Positions 50,096 through 64,000 of a stretch of DNA of 64,000 nt are shown in pieces (within the stretch, counting starts at the first letter, position 1; each line of letters opens with the position of its first letter). A program made the translations under genes and the position numbers. The DNA lies in NCBI GenBank assembly GCA_964016885.1, contig OZ024741.1, forward strand, positions 199,454,001-199,518,000, written 5' to 3'. The notes beneath the pieces are model-generated. The model searched no databases, was not told the DNA's origin, and saw only the letters and a list, made by a program, of their open reading frames with translations. Origin of the DNA: Eledone cirrhosa. Its lineage: Eukaryota.

Positions 50096-52419
50096 CTAGA
50101 TGTTTTTATTTATATATCAAATTTCAAGAAAAAAAATCATCATAAAGCACCAGTTAAGTGCTGGAGTTCATATAATCGACTTTCTCTTCTTCTCAAATTG
50201 CTGGCCTTGTGTCTAAATTTTGTCTGAGAGAGAGACCATCATTTCTTAGTGTATTGCTTAAATCTTTGGTAAAATTACCATAAACAGAATTGTATGGTAT
50301 TTCTGAAATACATCATAGAATGTATGAGCAGGACATGGTCACCTAACAGATCAACCCTCAGAATATTACAATGTGCCCAGCCCATGCCAATATGGAAAGC
50401 TGATCATGAAACTGATGATGACCATCATCATCATCATCATGCTGTCAGGGGAAAGTAAAAGACTTTCATGATAAGTTGAAGCTGCTGCTGATTATGTTTT
50501 ATGTATTTACAGAAATGGTACAGTTGATATTTAATTGCTTAGGGGGAAGGATAGCGCTCTTGGTCCTTTTTAGGACCTTTAGCACTGCTGGTGGGGAAGG
50601 TATCCTCAAACCAGAGATTTGACCTGAAAGCTTGCAACAGAGTGTAAAACATCCCGAGTAATACTCCTTACACTGGTATTTCATTTACCGGCTATAGAAG
50701 GATAAAAAGCAAAGTTACCTTGGCAGAACTTGAACTCAGAAGGCAAGAGAGGCTGAAATAAATACTGCAAGGCATTTAATCTGGTGCTCTAACACTTCTA
50801 TATTGTTTAGCATTAGACATGCCAATTCCATTAATGTTGAGTTATTCTCAAGTTTACTGTATAAATACCCATATAGAATATTTTGTTGGTATGTAGTGGT
50901 TTTCTTCTACAGATATCTATAAATGTAACAATCTCTGGCAGTTATGTGGTTGCAATACGTCTCAGATTATAAGTGTTTCTTGAACAGATTACTCCCAACT
51001 CATAAGATATTGTATTCCTCAAGTTTTAGCACTTGTTGACTATGTTATTTTTCGTGTCTGATGTTTATTTGATTTTGCCCAAGAAATATTAACAACACTA
51101 AAAGACATTCTACACTGCTTTTAATTATTTTAATACCAACCCAACTAAAATTGACCCTGATTCTATGAAACAAAACCACCCATTTTGAAGGGTTCCTATT
51201 TAAATAAAAAATCTTCCAGCATATTTTTTATATAAGAAATAATTATGAACAAATAATCAAAATTCATTTTTTTCTGTAAAGCAGTGAATAAATATAGTAA
51301 TAACTATATTGAATTATTACAAAGATTTCAGAATTAATAATTTTATTGATAAATATGGAAATACTTTTTTTTTATTAGTTTAGTATATCACTTTTTAAAA
51401 AAACCAGGTTGGACAATAGAAAAACTATATATATATATATCTTCTCTTATTTTGTTGAAGTTAGAAATTGAAATAATTATTTTTAGTTTCATTCTTGCTG
51501 ATATTAGTCAGTTTTTCTACTGTCCAATCAAACAACCTATTGTAATATTTACTTTTATTTCATGAGCCACCCCTCTCTCCTGACAAGCAACATATAGCCA
51601 GCACTCATTTCATTTTATCATATACATGCACACACAGACACACATGCACTACTCCCATTAATGCCTTCTCAACCTAGCCAAATTGTAATGATATTGTATT
51701 GCTACCATAATAAAATACACTCAGTTCACCTTGTACTGTGGTAATGCTGGAGTCACAATAAAATGCTCTCGATACATGTTAGAAAGGCTATCCAGCTATA
51801 GAAACCAAGTCAAAAATGGGCATGGTCATAAAAGTAAACCATAGTTGCCTGACCAGCCAAGCCTCAGTATGTAGCAGCCTATCTAACCCATGCAAGCATG
51901 GGAAATAAATGTTAAACAGTGATGATGATGATGAATAGTAATTTTGTGAATAATTTTATCATGGTCAGACCTATATAAGAACTCTGAACTGCAATCTAAC
52001 AAAACAAATTTCAATTATAAGCACGTGGTAGATTGGTAGCATCAGTAGAGCGTTGAACAAATGCTTTGTGGCATAATTACGGCCCTTCACGTTCTGAGTT
52101 CAAATCCCACCAAGGTTAGCTTAGCCTTTCATCCTTACTAGTCTATAAAATACAGCACTAGTTACACACTGAGGTCAATATAATCAACTTCCCGTTCCCT
52201 TCAAATTACTGGCCTTGTGCCTCAATGTAGAAACTATTATAAAGCACATGCTGTACCTACATGATTCGGACAAGGTTGAGTAGAGAGAGCTAAATAATGT
52301 CTTGGTCATAGACACAGTTTAGTGTCTACAAGTCTGTTGCAGTATAACAAAAGCAATTAATTGTTATCTGTGTTAATTGGCTGTAAAATACACAGTCATT
52401 CATCATCATTATTTCTTAG

Positions 52420-52540
52420 GTTCTGAGTTCAAATCCCGCCGAGGTCAACTTTGCCTTTCATCCTTACGGGGTCGATAAAATAAAGTACCAGTAATGTACT
52501 GGGTAATTGCTGGCCTTGTGCCAAAAGTAGAAACAATTAT
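52420..52540 (+). mobile_element. 5'-truncated main-family SINE
   Basis: Starts at the B box. TSD attatttcttaggtt. Confidence 0.88.
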
Positions 52541-53370
52541 TTCTTAGGTTACAAACAAGTTCTTAAACTCCAAATTCAAATAACCATTTGTGTTCTCTCT
52601 AATTTCTTTTCTTATCGTTAAATTTGATTTGAATACATTGAACTAGAAAACATCCAAAATTCAGTAATTTCAGCTTTTAATGGCTGGCTTAGATTTTATG
52701 TTAAAAAAAATGCCACTCTTGATGTAGCTTTTACTACAAATCAGCTTACCGGCTTCAAACAACGTCCTTTGTTTCTATGAATGGTGTTTCTAAGATTTTG
52801 CTTCTCACAAAGTGATCAAAGCTAAATTTCAATATGAAGAATTCCATTTATAAAACAAAAGAAAAAGTATTTACCTTCTAAAGTAGATATAGTGGCCATA
52901 AATTATGCTTGACTTGCTAGGGAAATTTATAGGCAATTTATTGATCCTGCTTCATTATAAAACAATATGTTTAATGGTTAGCTTTAATCATCAATTTGTG
53001 AAGTATATTTCTATTTCTATTACCCCCCCCCCCCTCCCCCCCCCCCCCCTTTGTAAACATCAATAATGTAAATTATTGTGAAAATCCTAAGGTCTTCATG
53101 TAGATAATTTATGATTATTGTCTGACATCTATTGGTTTTTGTAATCTATCTTTTAAATATATTTATAGTTGGTTAATATCATTTTTTTAGACATGTATTT
53201 TAAGTAACATTTTAAATGAAATACCATTCTAATGTGACAACATTTCGATGTAAAATGTCAGGTATTTACTTACAATGCAAAATGTCAGGTTGTCAGATAA
53301 CTATGTATTAATAAAATTTGTCTGCATGAAATCTGTCTGTCACTTTCGGAATGCTAGAAATAACTCAAAT

Positions 53371-53444
<74 letters not shown>

Positions 53445-54234
53445 GACAGACTGGGAGAGAGGGGGGGGGGGCTATTTATGAATGAAAAGTGAATGCTTAT
53501 AGTATTTATACAAAGTAATGTTTTCCAAGTATATTCATTTAAGAAAATACATATTCCATTTCTCAATTTCTTTTCTTTTTTTATCAATTTAATATCATAT
53601 TTGTAGTGTTTGAGCAGGTGTTATAAATCATTTTAGCCAAATACAGCTATAGTAAATTATAATCATATTTGTTTTATGTAATCTTATTTTAAGCTAATTA
53701 TTTTTATTTTCAAAATTAGTATTCATTTCATATTTTGTATAAGCACAAAAAGTCAATAAAATAAAGTACCAGTTAAGTACTGGGGTTGATATAATCTCCT
53801 TCCCCTTCCTTCAAATTGCTGGCCATGTGCCTATGTTACAAAGAATTATTTAAATTGCAATTATTTTATCTATTTTAACTTTACCTGGTGTTACCCACAG
53901 TAGCAAAAGTATACTCCAAAAATTATCTTGTCTTATGAAAGGTTGCACTCTAGTTGCCTAATGATACATATGTCTTTCTGTTTCTAACATAGGCACATTC
54001 GCAGCAATTTGAGGAGAGGGGCTTGTTAAATAGATCAATCTCAGTACATGACTGCTACTTTATTTTATTGATCCTGGAATGATGAAAGGCAAAGTTGACC
54101 TCTGCAGGATTTAAACTCATATAAACTTTATATAAAAATATAAAGAACTAGAATTAAATACTGCAATGCCTTTTGTCTGAGGCTTTAATGATTCTAATGG
54201 CCTTGTACCTATATATAAGAAACCATTATTATTG

Positions 54235-54660
54235 AGGATGGTCAATTGACAGTATCGGTAGTGTGTTGGATAACATGCTTTGTGGAATAGAGTTAAGGCC
54301 CTTTACATTCTGAGTTCAAATCCTGCTAAGATTAGCTTTGCCTTGCATCCTTACCAGTAATGCACTGAAGTTGAGTTAACCAGCTTTCCCTTCCCCCAAA
54401 ATTGTTGGTTTTGTGCCTAAATAAGAAACCATTATTATTATTGGGCAGTGGATTGGCAGTATTGGTAGAGCGTCGGACAACATACATTGTGGCATAGAGT
54501 TACGGGCCTTCCCGTTCTGTGTTCAAATCTCGCCGAGGTTAACTTTGCCTTTCATCCTTATGGTATCGATAAAATAAAGTACCAGTCACACACTGGGGTC
54601 GATTTAATCGACTTTCCCCTCCCCCAAAATTGTTGGCCTTGTGCCTATATAAGAAACCAT
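54235..54660 (+). mobile_element. Tandem SINEs of the longer subfamily
   Basis: Same head and centre as the main family plus ggggtcgatttaatcgactttcccctccccc before the tail. Older copies at ~38500-39130, 40193-40320, 52025-52240, 55925-56070 and 56695-56840. Confidence 0.8.
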
Positions 54661-56244
54661 TGTTGTTGATGTTGTTGTTGTTGTTGTTGTGTTTGGAGGT
54701 GAATAGACATGTCAATTCTGTGCTATCAAAGGTTTAGATTTACCATGTTTCTCATATATCTTATGAATAGTAAGTATTTCAATTACTTTTGAAAATAATT
54801 AAATATTTGGAAGAATTTAATAAAACAAGTTTTTCCTTTAGAACATTACTTGCGAAACATTTCTAAAATAAAATGATGATGAAAAATTTTAATATAAGAA
54901 TAAACATTTTAAAATAAGCAGTTTTGTATCATAAATTCAGAGTACTTTTGAGTGGTTTGGTATCGAACGAGCTAAGGTAAAAATAAAACATTCTTAGATT
55001 ATTTTGCAAATAGAAGACTTCAGAAAAGTGTCTGTCTCATTTAACTATCGTAAGAAAATAAGGTTTGTCCTTGGACATTTTATTTCTTAGATTTTACCAA
55101 AGCAAACATGGCTGTGCAGTTAAGGGGTTTATTTCAGAACTACATAGTTTGTTTTGGTTTTTTCAATCAAAATTACAGTTTTAATAAGGCAAAGCAATCT
55201 CTATGACCTAAGAATAGGTTCTATGGCCAACAAAGCAAAAACTTAAGCTTAAGTAAATTTATTCCACATGCTACCACATAGTTTGTGGTCCAATTCCACT
55301 GTGAGACACCTTGGGAAAATGTCTTCTACTATAGCTTCAGATTGACCAAGCTACTGTAAGTTAATTGATGGATGGAAGTTGTAAAGGAGACAGAAAACAA
55401 AAATGATTGTGTGTATGTGACTTACTCCTTATGCCTGTATCTGTAACTTAAAAGTTTGACAAAAAGATATCAATAAAATAAGTACCAAACTTGAAAAAAA
55501 AAACTGCTGTGAATTGACTTTAAGGTGATGTCCCAGCTTGGCTGCAATCTAATAACTGAAAGAAATAGAAGAAAAGAATGTGTTGACTAGTTATTCAATA
55601 TGGATTCTCCCCTGGGATAGCAGTGAGAGCTGCTGGCTACAATAGAGGTTACACTGATAATTTCTCCAAAGAAAGATTTTGTTAAAACATTAACACAGAA
55701 TATAAAAACATAGAAACAGAAGAAAAAAGGTTAAGTGGAATTACAGTTACAGATAAGAAAAATATATTTGTACACACAAGCCAAAATATTATTAATAGCT
55801 GCTAGAAAAATGGTCAGCCAAAACAATAAAATAACACTTTTTGTATCATGTAGTATATATGAATGTGCTCTAGTTGCAAAGTACAAGAAATTTATACTAC
55901 TACTACTAGTAACAAACCTTTATATTCTGAGTTTAAATCCCATTGAGGTCAATTTTGCCTTTCATCCACCCTTAGTCAATAAAATAAAGTACTAATCAAG
56001 TGCTGGGGTTGATTTAATTGACTTTCCCTCCTACCAGGTTGCTGGCCTTGTGCATAAATTGGAAACCACTTGTTATAATTGTTGCTCCTGTTATTTGAAA
56101 TTCCATTGATTTCAATTTCGCCTTTTATCATTCAAATGTTGATGATAAATGATTAGATATGTATGAGAACTAATTTCTCAAAATCTTTCACCTTGTGCCA
56201 ATGTGAGAAATTATTATTTTGTTTCAGAAATCATAATAATAATA

Positions 56245-56431
56245 ATAATTGTTTCTACTTTTGGCACAAGGCCAGCAATTATCCCAGTGTATTACTGCTG
56301 CTTTATTTTATCAACCCCATAAGAATGAAAGGAAAAGTTAACCTAGGCGGGATTTGAACTCAGGCCATAAAGGGCTATAACCTTGCTGCAAAGCATGGCG
56401 TCAGACCCTCTACTGATACTGCCAATCCACC
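56245..56431 (-). mobile_element. Main-family SINE
   Basis: Reverse complement of the consensus, 3' end in (AAT)n. Confidence 0.85.
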
Positions 56432-57069
56432 AATGAAATTATTGTGTATAGTGCTCAGGTGCACTACAACTCATCAAAGGTGGATGTATGGTACATAGAA
56501 TAATGTACAAATGTCAGGAAAGTGAACAGTGTATGAGTCATGATATACATGTATGCATGTGTATGGAGGGGGGGTTTCAGGTGTAGTGTTGGCGAATTTC
56601 AGGAGGCATTGAAGTTTTAAAGGTTGCAGTGTCTCGGCAGCTAACAACTGATGCAGGTAGTTTATTCAGTAGCTATTAGTTATGACTTTCTATATTCTGA
56701 GTTCAAATCCCTCCAAGGTTAACTTTGCTTTTCATCCTTACAGGGTTGATCAAATAAAGTACCAATAATGCACTGGGGTCAATTTGATCGACTACCCCCT
56801 CCCCCAAAATTGTTGACCTTGTGCCTAAATCAGAAACCATTATTCAGTACCAACAAAACATTGTGCACCATTTTGTTAGGGACATTCATATTCTAGTTTC
56901 AAATTCTCCTAAGATTGTGTTTGACTTTCATTCCCTCAGAGTCAATAAAATTAGTGAAAAGGGGTCAACTTAATCAATTACATCTCCTCTCCTAAAATAT
57001 GTGGCCTCATGCCAAACTTAGAAATCATTATTCTCCTTATTGGCAAATAAATTTTTTTTAATTGTTGTT

Positions 57070-57070
57070 T

Positions 57071-57104
<34 letters not shown>

Positions 57105-57320
57105 GGTGGTTGTTGGTGGGGGTGGCAGTGGTGGTGGTGGTGTTTGTGGGGATGGCAGTGATGATGGTGGTGGAAGCAACAGTGGTGGTGTTTGTGGTGG
57201 TGGTGGTAGTGGTAGGAGCAGTGGTGGTGTTTGTGGTGATATCAGTTGTGGTGGTGGTGGTGGTAGTGGTAGGAGCAGTGGTGGTGTTTGTGGTGATGGC
57301 ATTGGCAACAATAGTAGTAG
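57070..57320. repeat. (GGT)/(AGT) low-complexity tract with internal ~54-bp duplication
   Basis: tgtggtggtggtggtagtggtaggagcagtggtggtgtttgtggtgat occurs twice. Confidence 0.85.
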
Positions 57321-57324
57321 TAAT

Positions 57325-57510
57325 AATTGTTTCTACTTTTGGCACAAGGTCAGCAATTACCCAGTGCATTACTGGTACTTTATTTTATCGACCCCGTAAG
57401 GATGAAAGGCAAAGTTAACCTCGGCGGGATTTGAACTCAGACCGTAAAGGGACGTAACTCTATGCTGGAAAGCATGGCGTCTGACTCTCTACCGATACTG
57501 CCAATCCACC
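57325..57510 (-). mobile_element. Main-family SINE
   Basis: Reverse complement of the consensus. Confidence 0.9.
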
Positions 57511-58534
57511 ATAGTAATAATAGTATCCCTTCACAGAAGATTGAATTTTCTAATTTGTTGATACTGTCTTTCCTGACAATATTTGTTGTTAATTCTCTTC
57601 AATGTGTTCAACTGTAGTAAAAAGGCTTTATAGAATTAAAAGAAAAAATATTGTTTAACTCTTACACTTACACATCAAAGCAGCCAATCACATTCAGAAT
57701 TTAATTTACAGCAAAACCACCGGAAGTTAATGAGAACCAATTTTATATTATGTATTTTTATACCTATTTTCCTTCATTTTAACTGGCATTAAGAATATTA
57801 AGAGGTCTTAACATTTACCTCATTTATTACAATGTGACAAAGAAATTGTGGTTCTGATGCATTGGGCTGAAATTCATGTATCCAAAAATTACTCAGCGCT
57901 ATTGTGTGGCTTTTTATCTTGAGTAAGGTTCAGTCAGCTAACCTTTCTAATGAAATACACTCTATTACAATTAATTAATGGAGAATTTTCAATGATTTAC
58001 TAAAATTATTAATAAGTTTATTTCTAAGTCAGTCATTTGATGAATGTTTCAAATATAAAATTATATCTGAAGATTTTTATTTAAATAGGATCCCTTTAGA
58101 ATGGGTGGTTTTGTTTCATAGAACTAGGGCTGTTTTGGGGTTGGGTGGGTATCAAAAGGATTAATGAAGAATTTTGAGGGGTTTACTAAAATTATTGATT
58201 ATTTCATCATTAACATAGTAACTTAACAAATGGTTTGATTATAAAATTATGCTGGAAGATTTTTTATTTAAATAGAAACCCTTTAAAATGGGTGTTTTGT
58301 TTCATAGGACCAGGGCTGGTTTTGGCTAGGTTTGTATTAAAAGGGTTAGATAGATATCAAATATAAACATAATTGACTGAAGGTTTGAGTATGATCTCGA
58401 GAGAAAATAAATTGAATATGTTATACTAGGGTGAAACCACTCATACAGTGGTTGTTTATGTGGCATGCAAATGTAGAGTGGAGCATGATAGTTGAGGTAT
58501 GTCCATTCAGTTTACTGTTCAGTTTTGTCTAAAG

Positions 58535-61124
58535 CACAGGTTCTCAACCCATTTAGGCCAAACAGATGTCCCTCAAAATCATGAAACGCCCCCCCTACCC
58601 CATTTTTCAATATACTACTTGATATCTGTAGATTACTAAAAAATTGATTAACAATATTCCAAAGATACCATTGCAGGCAGCTGAGAGTATAAATACATTC
58701 CTTGAAAGGAAATATATAAATTTCAAAAAAAGGAACATAAATGTTTTTTTTATGAATAAGGACCAGTTGAATTTGTTATATTCCCACCAGGCGATACCAG
58801 CTATTTTGAACCTTTATACAAGAGCAACTCTATCCAAAGAGTGCTCTTATCTGGAAGAAAATGGCAATTATATCATTTCAAAGCTTTCCAATTTTCCCTT
58901 TAATGAAATGGACAGAATAAATGTTGATATCTAACTTGATGTCCCCTCTGCTTTGTGAGCTTAGAGACCACGAAAGAGGGTTTTCATGACCACGCGGGGA
59001 GGTATATTTATTAGTAAATGGTAAAATATATACAACAAATGAGTAAGTGAATTGTAGTAGATGGTTTCCAGTCCAGTCAGACTGCAACTACAAATAAAAA
59101 AAATTGTTAGTTTTCTTTGTAACAATAGCATATCTAAGTTTTCGGATAAATCAACTTACTTTAACTTTGACCTCATTTCAATGGGACCCTTGAACTTCAT
59201 GGAGTCTAGCTAACTCTTTGACGTCAGGCTGAATTTTCGTAAGATGTAGCCGGAGATCTCCACATGTAGCGGTTGCGAGCCTTACTGTGCAGTCTGGAAA
59301 CAGCACCAAACCTCCTCTTGACTAAGTATGAGCTTGGAAAAGGCAGAGCAAATCTCTTAGCCTCTGCATGTAGGTGTGGAAATCGATGCTGAATTTCCTC
59401 TTGATCATGTCATCTGCTTGAAGTTCAATGAATTCTTCCTGAAATATAGCGTCCAAATCATCGACGTTAGCTATGAAGGGATCTGCTACCCACATTGGGA
59501 TGTCCATCGGTAAAAGGTCGACAAACCGTTCTCTCATGTTGTCTTGTAGCGCACGGAGTTGAGCGGTATACATTTGGAGTTGGTCATCGCTTACAATGTT
59601 TTGAACATTGGCGACACTAGGAAAATTATAGAATTCCCGTCAACAAAGATTCCTTTCGATGACATTCAATTTGGCCAGGAATGTTTTCACAGCATTCCTT
59701 GTTTAAGCAAGGTGATCTTCTTCCCCTGCAAAGCCAAAATGACGCTAATGCATTTGTCAATGATGTCGGTGAGCTGGGCGCAGTTTTGCCTCATATCAAG
59801 GGTTTTCTTGTACAGTTCTGTGTTGCGTCCTTGCAGAAACTCAATGATAGAGTCGAACAGTTCAAAGAAGTGAGTAAGGCATTTGCCCTTTGAAAGCCAC
59901 CTCACTTCATTATGAAGGAGCAACTTGACGAATTCTTCGTCATTATCTTGGCACAGTTGCCGGAAAATTCGTTCATTGTGGGAATGCCGTTTGATAAAAT
60001 TGATGACATTAGGGGCCACCTGCAAGGACTTGCTCAGTGGCTTGCTGAGTTTCTTCACAGCCAAGTATTGTCGATGAATGACACAATGAACAACAAATAC
60101 AGATAGATTTTCTCTCTTCAGAAGAGTGACGAAACCCTTATGTTGGCCGACCATTGCTCTTGCGTCGTCCGTAGCACATGTGTTGTATTTGGTCCTAGAT
60201 GTATGTATTACCTGCCTGTGTGTTGTAGGTAGTCCTAGATGTATGTATTACCTGATTATGTGTTGTATGAGGTCCTAGATGTTTGTATTACCTGATTATG
60301 TGTTGTATGTGGTCCTAGATGTTTGTATTACCTGCTTGTGTTGTATGTGGTCCTAAATGTATGTATTACTTGCCTGTGTGTTGTATGTGGTCTTAGATGT
60401 GTGTGCTACCTCCTTATGTGTTGCATGTGGTCCTAGATGTGTGTATTACCTGCTTATGTGTTGTATGTAGTCCTATTTGTGTGTATTACCTGCTTATGTG
60501 TTGTATGTGGTCCTAGATGTGTGTATTATCTGATTATGTGTTGTATGTGGTCCTAGATGTGTGTGCTACCCACTTCTGGGATTTTTTTTTCTTTTTTTTA
60601 TTTGTAATATTATTTATACAATAGGAAATAAAATAGATCTACATAGTGTTAACTCGTTGCGGTTGAGTCAATAATTTCAGACATGAAATACATTGTTATC
60701 GGTGAAGGAAAGACAAGATTCTAACTGGCTGCACTTGAAGTGTCCTTGACCCAGTTGACTGTGGGTTTTTCCATTGTTAGGATCTCAATTGCCGGATAAT
60801 GTCTAAACACGCCTGCACACCTGCTCACAGCTGCGGCCAGATTATAGTTATGCTGTCTGCATGCTCATTCAAATGCATTCACACTGGCTGTCTCAAAGAC
60901 ATACAAATATGGCTTATAAAAACTTACCAAAGTAAAGAGCCTTCCAGTGCACTCCAAACGCCCCCTAATGCCCCCTTGCTCCCAAACGCCCCCCCCCCCC
61001 CCCCGCTGGAGTTCCAAAACGCCCCTGGGGGGTGCATATGCCCCCCCCCCCCCCCCTGGAGTTCCAAAACGCCCCTGGGGGGTGCATATGCCCTCCCCCC
61101 CCCCCCCCCTGTTGAGAACCTTTG
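58535..61124 (-). mobile_element. hAT transposon (Charlie/Buster type) with disrupted transposase
   Basis: 8-bp TSD gtctaaag at 58527-58534 and 61125-61132, TIRs cacaggttctcaac / gttgagaacctttg. Transposase motifs ATDDARAMVGQHKGF, HCVIHR and LLHNEVRWLSKG at ~59170-60180. Subterminal aaacgcccc repeats. Confidence 0.92.
60178..60570. repeat. 40-bp minisatellite inside the hAT element
   Basis: About 10 copies of tgtgttgtatgtggtcctagatgtgtgtattacctgctta. Confidence 0.92.
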
Positions 61125-61250
61125 GTCTAAAGGATTGGATGTCAAGTTGTTGCAAAGCTCCAGTCAGCTATACTTTGGCAAGCTTTTTTTTTTGCATAAT
61201 GGCTGCAATTGAATGCTAAGAAGCAGTTTTTCATTCCTCTACTCATGATC

Positions 61251-62080
61251 AAGCTATCGGAGGGCTGGGGATGCCGTGGCTGACGATGCACAAACACGCG
61301 CTTAGGCTGCGGCATCTCTATGTATTCCTCACCGGACAACCGGTGTGGGCTCCGTTCGTGAGGCGAGCCTTCCCACGACTCGTCTCGCTGACCGAGCTGC
61401 AGTCCTGGGTCAAGCAAAGACCGAGGAAAATGGGCGACTGGCACATCGAATGTGCTCAGGCGCTCACAGCCCTCTGGCAGGCGAACCCGGCGATCAGTGG
61501 AGACTCCACTTCGTCATTCTATAGAGGGTTGATCCGCAGCAAGTGCGACGACGCACTTGGTGAAACTCTAGGTGTAGAGGAAGATGAACTGGCCAGTCTG
61601 TTCGGTAGGACCTTCCGCCCGGGACCGATGGACAACTTCCAAAAGTCCCTGGCCTGGCAGTGCTACCGAGGAGCTCTACCAGTTCGAGACAAGCTCTACA
61701 GACATGAGTGCCCGGGCAGGGACCCTGCAAAAGAGATCTGTCCGAGGTGCGTGCGAGACGAAGAAACCGTCGCGCACGCATTCATACACTGCCCGGGCGT
61801 CACCGACCTGTGGGGCTATGTAGAACGACTATTGTCGCGGGTGGGACTAATCCGGTTGACCACCGAGTCCATTGTCATGATCAAACCGCCACCCTCCTTC
61901 AAAAACGAAGGAGAGGCGGTTTTCCTTTGTGTGATAGCTATGGCGAAAGAGGTTGTATGGTGGACAAGGTTGAAAGGGCTGAGGTCAGACACCTTTCTCT
62001 CCGGCCAACAACTGATTCTTTTTTTCAAATACCACTGTGGAAGAAGAATCAGGATGGAAAAATTAAACTCTAGTGTTTAG
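61251..62080 (+). mobile_element. Fragment of an L1/Tx1-clade retrotransposon ORF2 C-terminus
   Basis: GC-rich 269-aa ORF with AWQCYRGALPV and CPRC...EETVAHAFIHC (zf-RVT-like CCHC). Confidence 0.85.
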
Positions 62081-62122
62081 AAAGTAGGTTCAATCCTTCC
62101 TTACTAGCAGTTGATATCATGT

Positions 62123-62210
<88 letters not shown>

Positions 62211-62959
62211 GTCCTTTATAATAGGTTGTTTTGTTTGATAGAACCTGGGTCAGTTTGGGGCAGATTGATATCAGAAGAGTTAATCATTGTCACATGGATT
62301 ATTTTTTAAATCATTGGAAATAATTATTTTGAATTTAGGCACAAAGCCAATAATTTGTGCAGAAGGAAAAGTTCATTCCATTGACCTCAGTATTTGACTG
62401 GTACTTTATTTCATCAACCCCAGAAGAATGAAAGGAAAAGTTAACCTTGGTGAGTTTTGAACTCAGAATGTAAAAAACCAAAAGAAATAATGTCTGTTAG
62501 TTTTTCGTTATGGCTCTTGTTCTGAATTGAACTGCCATGGTCAACTTTGCCTTTCACTTTTTAAAGATCAATAAGATAAAGTACCAGTCGTCCTGGAATC
62601 TGAGATATAAACTGAATCATAATAGAAAACATAACTGTCTATTATTAGCAAGTTTTAGAAATACTATAAAAACACTTGATTAGATTGATTTAAAAAGAAT
62701 GTGGGTAATATGTAAAATCTCAAGAGAGAGACATTAGAATACATAAATTATTGTTTGACTACAATCATACTGTTGAGAATTTCACTCAGTGGAACCTCTA
62801 TTAAGATATAGGTCGGTCCTTCCAATATCGCAGATAGAAATAATTCAAGATAAAGAGTAGAGTAAAATCTCCTCTTACATTGAATAGTTATCATACCTTT
62901 TTTCCTGAATTGTCTGACATTTAAACTACTGAATTACACTCATTTCTATGTAGTTTATG

Positions 62960-63350
62960 GAGACAAAAAATATATTGATTTTAATGTTCAATTATTATCA
63001 TCTGTACAGTAATGGCCCATTTATACCAGCTTCGTGGTCGACAGAAATAAAAAGAACTTAGAATGGATATCATGTATGGTAATTTCTTTTTAGCTGAAGT
63101 TTTATTTTGAGGGTTAAAAACAGACGTCATTTGATCTACTTCTTTTGGTTGAGAAAACAGCAATATTTGCTATTGAAATCTCAGTATTGATTCCACAGTA
63201 TTGGCCAATGATTGTATGAAGGAAAGAAATCTCAACCCTTCATACAGACTATTGATCTTGGATTCCTAGCTTTCGACTTTGGTGCTAGGAAAATTACCCA
63301 GTAAGATATACAAATAAACGGCACTGTTTCTGATAGAATCAGGAATCAGA
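62960..63350 (-). pseudogene. Possible decayed rhodopsin-type GPCR fragment (TM2-TM4)
   Basis: Across frames on the minus strand: NSAVYLYILLGNF, TEISIANIAVFSTKR, then SVFNP...YMISILSSFYFC. The order resembles TM2, TM3-ERY and TM4. Several frameshifts are required. Confidence 0.25.
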
Positions 63351-64000
63351 GAGGAAAGCAAACCAATAAGAGGTGGATATTGATTTCTTCTACCCAACAC
63401 TACAAATGGTCAATATATTTCTGCTGTTGGTGTCATTATTGTTGTTGTAGTTGTTGTAACTACTGCTGATATTATTATTATTAATCTCTTTGAATTTAAA
63501 AGATCATATATATTAAAGGGAAAATGAAACGTTAAGTGGAATGAGAGGTGGGAATGTATAGAAAGCTGTTTTCACTTTTGTTTGTTTGGGGTCTAAAAAA
63601 GATCGGATTGATACCCTCTGTCTGATAAAATCTATTGATTCTTACATCAGAAAAAAATGAACTAGACTATTTTCGTAATCTTGTTTTTGTTACTGCACTG
63701 TTTGAAATTATGTTGTACAAGTGTACCATGAACACAGGTTCAATTCAGAATTGGGAAGTAATTCTTAAGTATGTTGACAGTTGCTTTTTTATCTGTATTT
63801 GTCACTTTATGACAAGTAGAATAATCGGCTGTTTTTTTATACAATTACTATTGTCTGCAAAGCTGAGTCTATAATGTATTAGATTTTAGAACTCAGACAA
63901 ATTTAATGCTATATTGTAGCTGAGATTTCAATTCACTTCTCAACAAAAATATACAGTCAATGATACAGACTGAAACTTTATTGTAGTAGGAAAACATAAC

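Noticed and set aside
57018-57418. Pro-, Gly-, Thr- and Val-rich ORFs resembling the myosin exon
   Set aside because: A trinucleotide low-complexity tract open in several frames, running into a SINE, with no convincing splice context.
38432-64000. Next myosin exon
   Set aside because: AG candidates checked at ~46988 and ~50912 give stops or unrelated peptides. The exon probably lies beyond the window, though I may have missed a short one.

Overview
AT-rich eukaryotic, repeat-dominated DNA. The microsatellite, SINE and RTE landscape suggests an octopus or other coleoid cephalopod (inference). The only host gene I can support is three + strand, phase-compatible exons (2446-2516, 7292-8731, 38318-38431) of a MyTH4-type unconventional myosin tail, most like class XXII/Myo81F. 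It has a 480-codon proline-rich exon and a 29.6-kb intron. The rest is intronic: tRNA-derived SINEs, RTE/CR1/CRE/R4/Tx1 LINE fragments, a DD37D maT transposon, a Charlie-type hAT, a Chapaev3-like fragment, MITEs and minisatellites. The most unusual signals are (i) short (TA)n-embedded elements carrying hammerhead-ribozyme-like motifs (10524-10560, 17174-17208, 43239-43310), (ii) long fold-back palindromes (21066-21376, 23292-23412, 24008-24208), the first two of which carry the GAAA half of such a motif on both strands, (iii) a 437-bp-arm inverted duplication (40352-41311), and (iv) repeated SINE insertion into one target site. Family assignments come from remembered motifs, not database searches. 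Coordinates were counted by hand.
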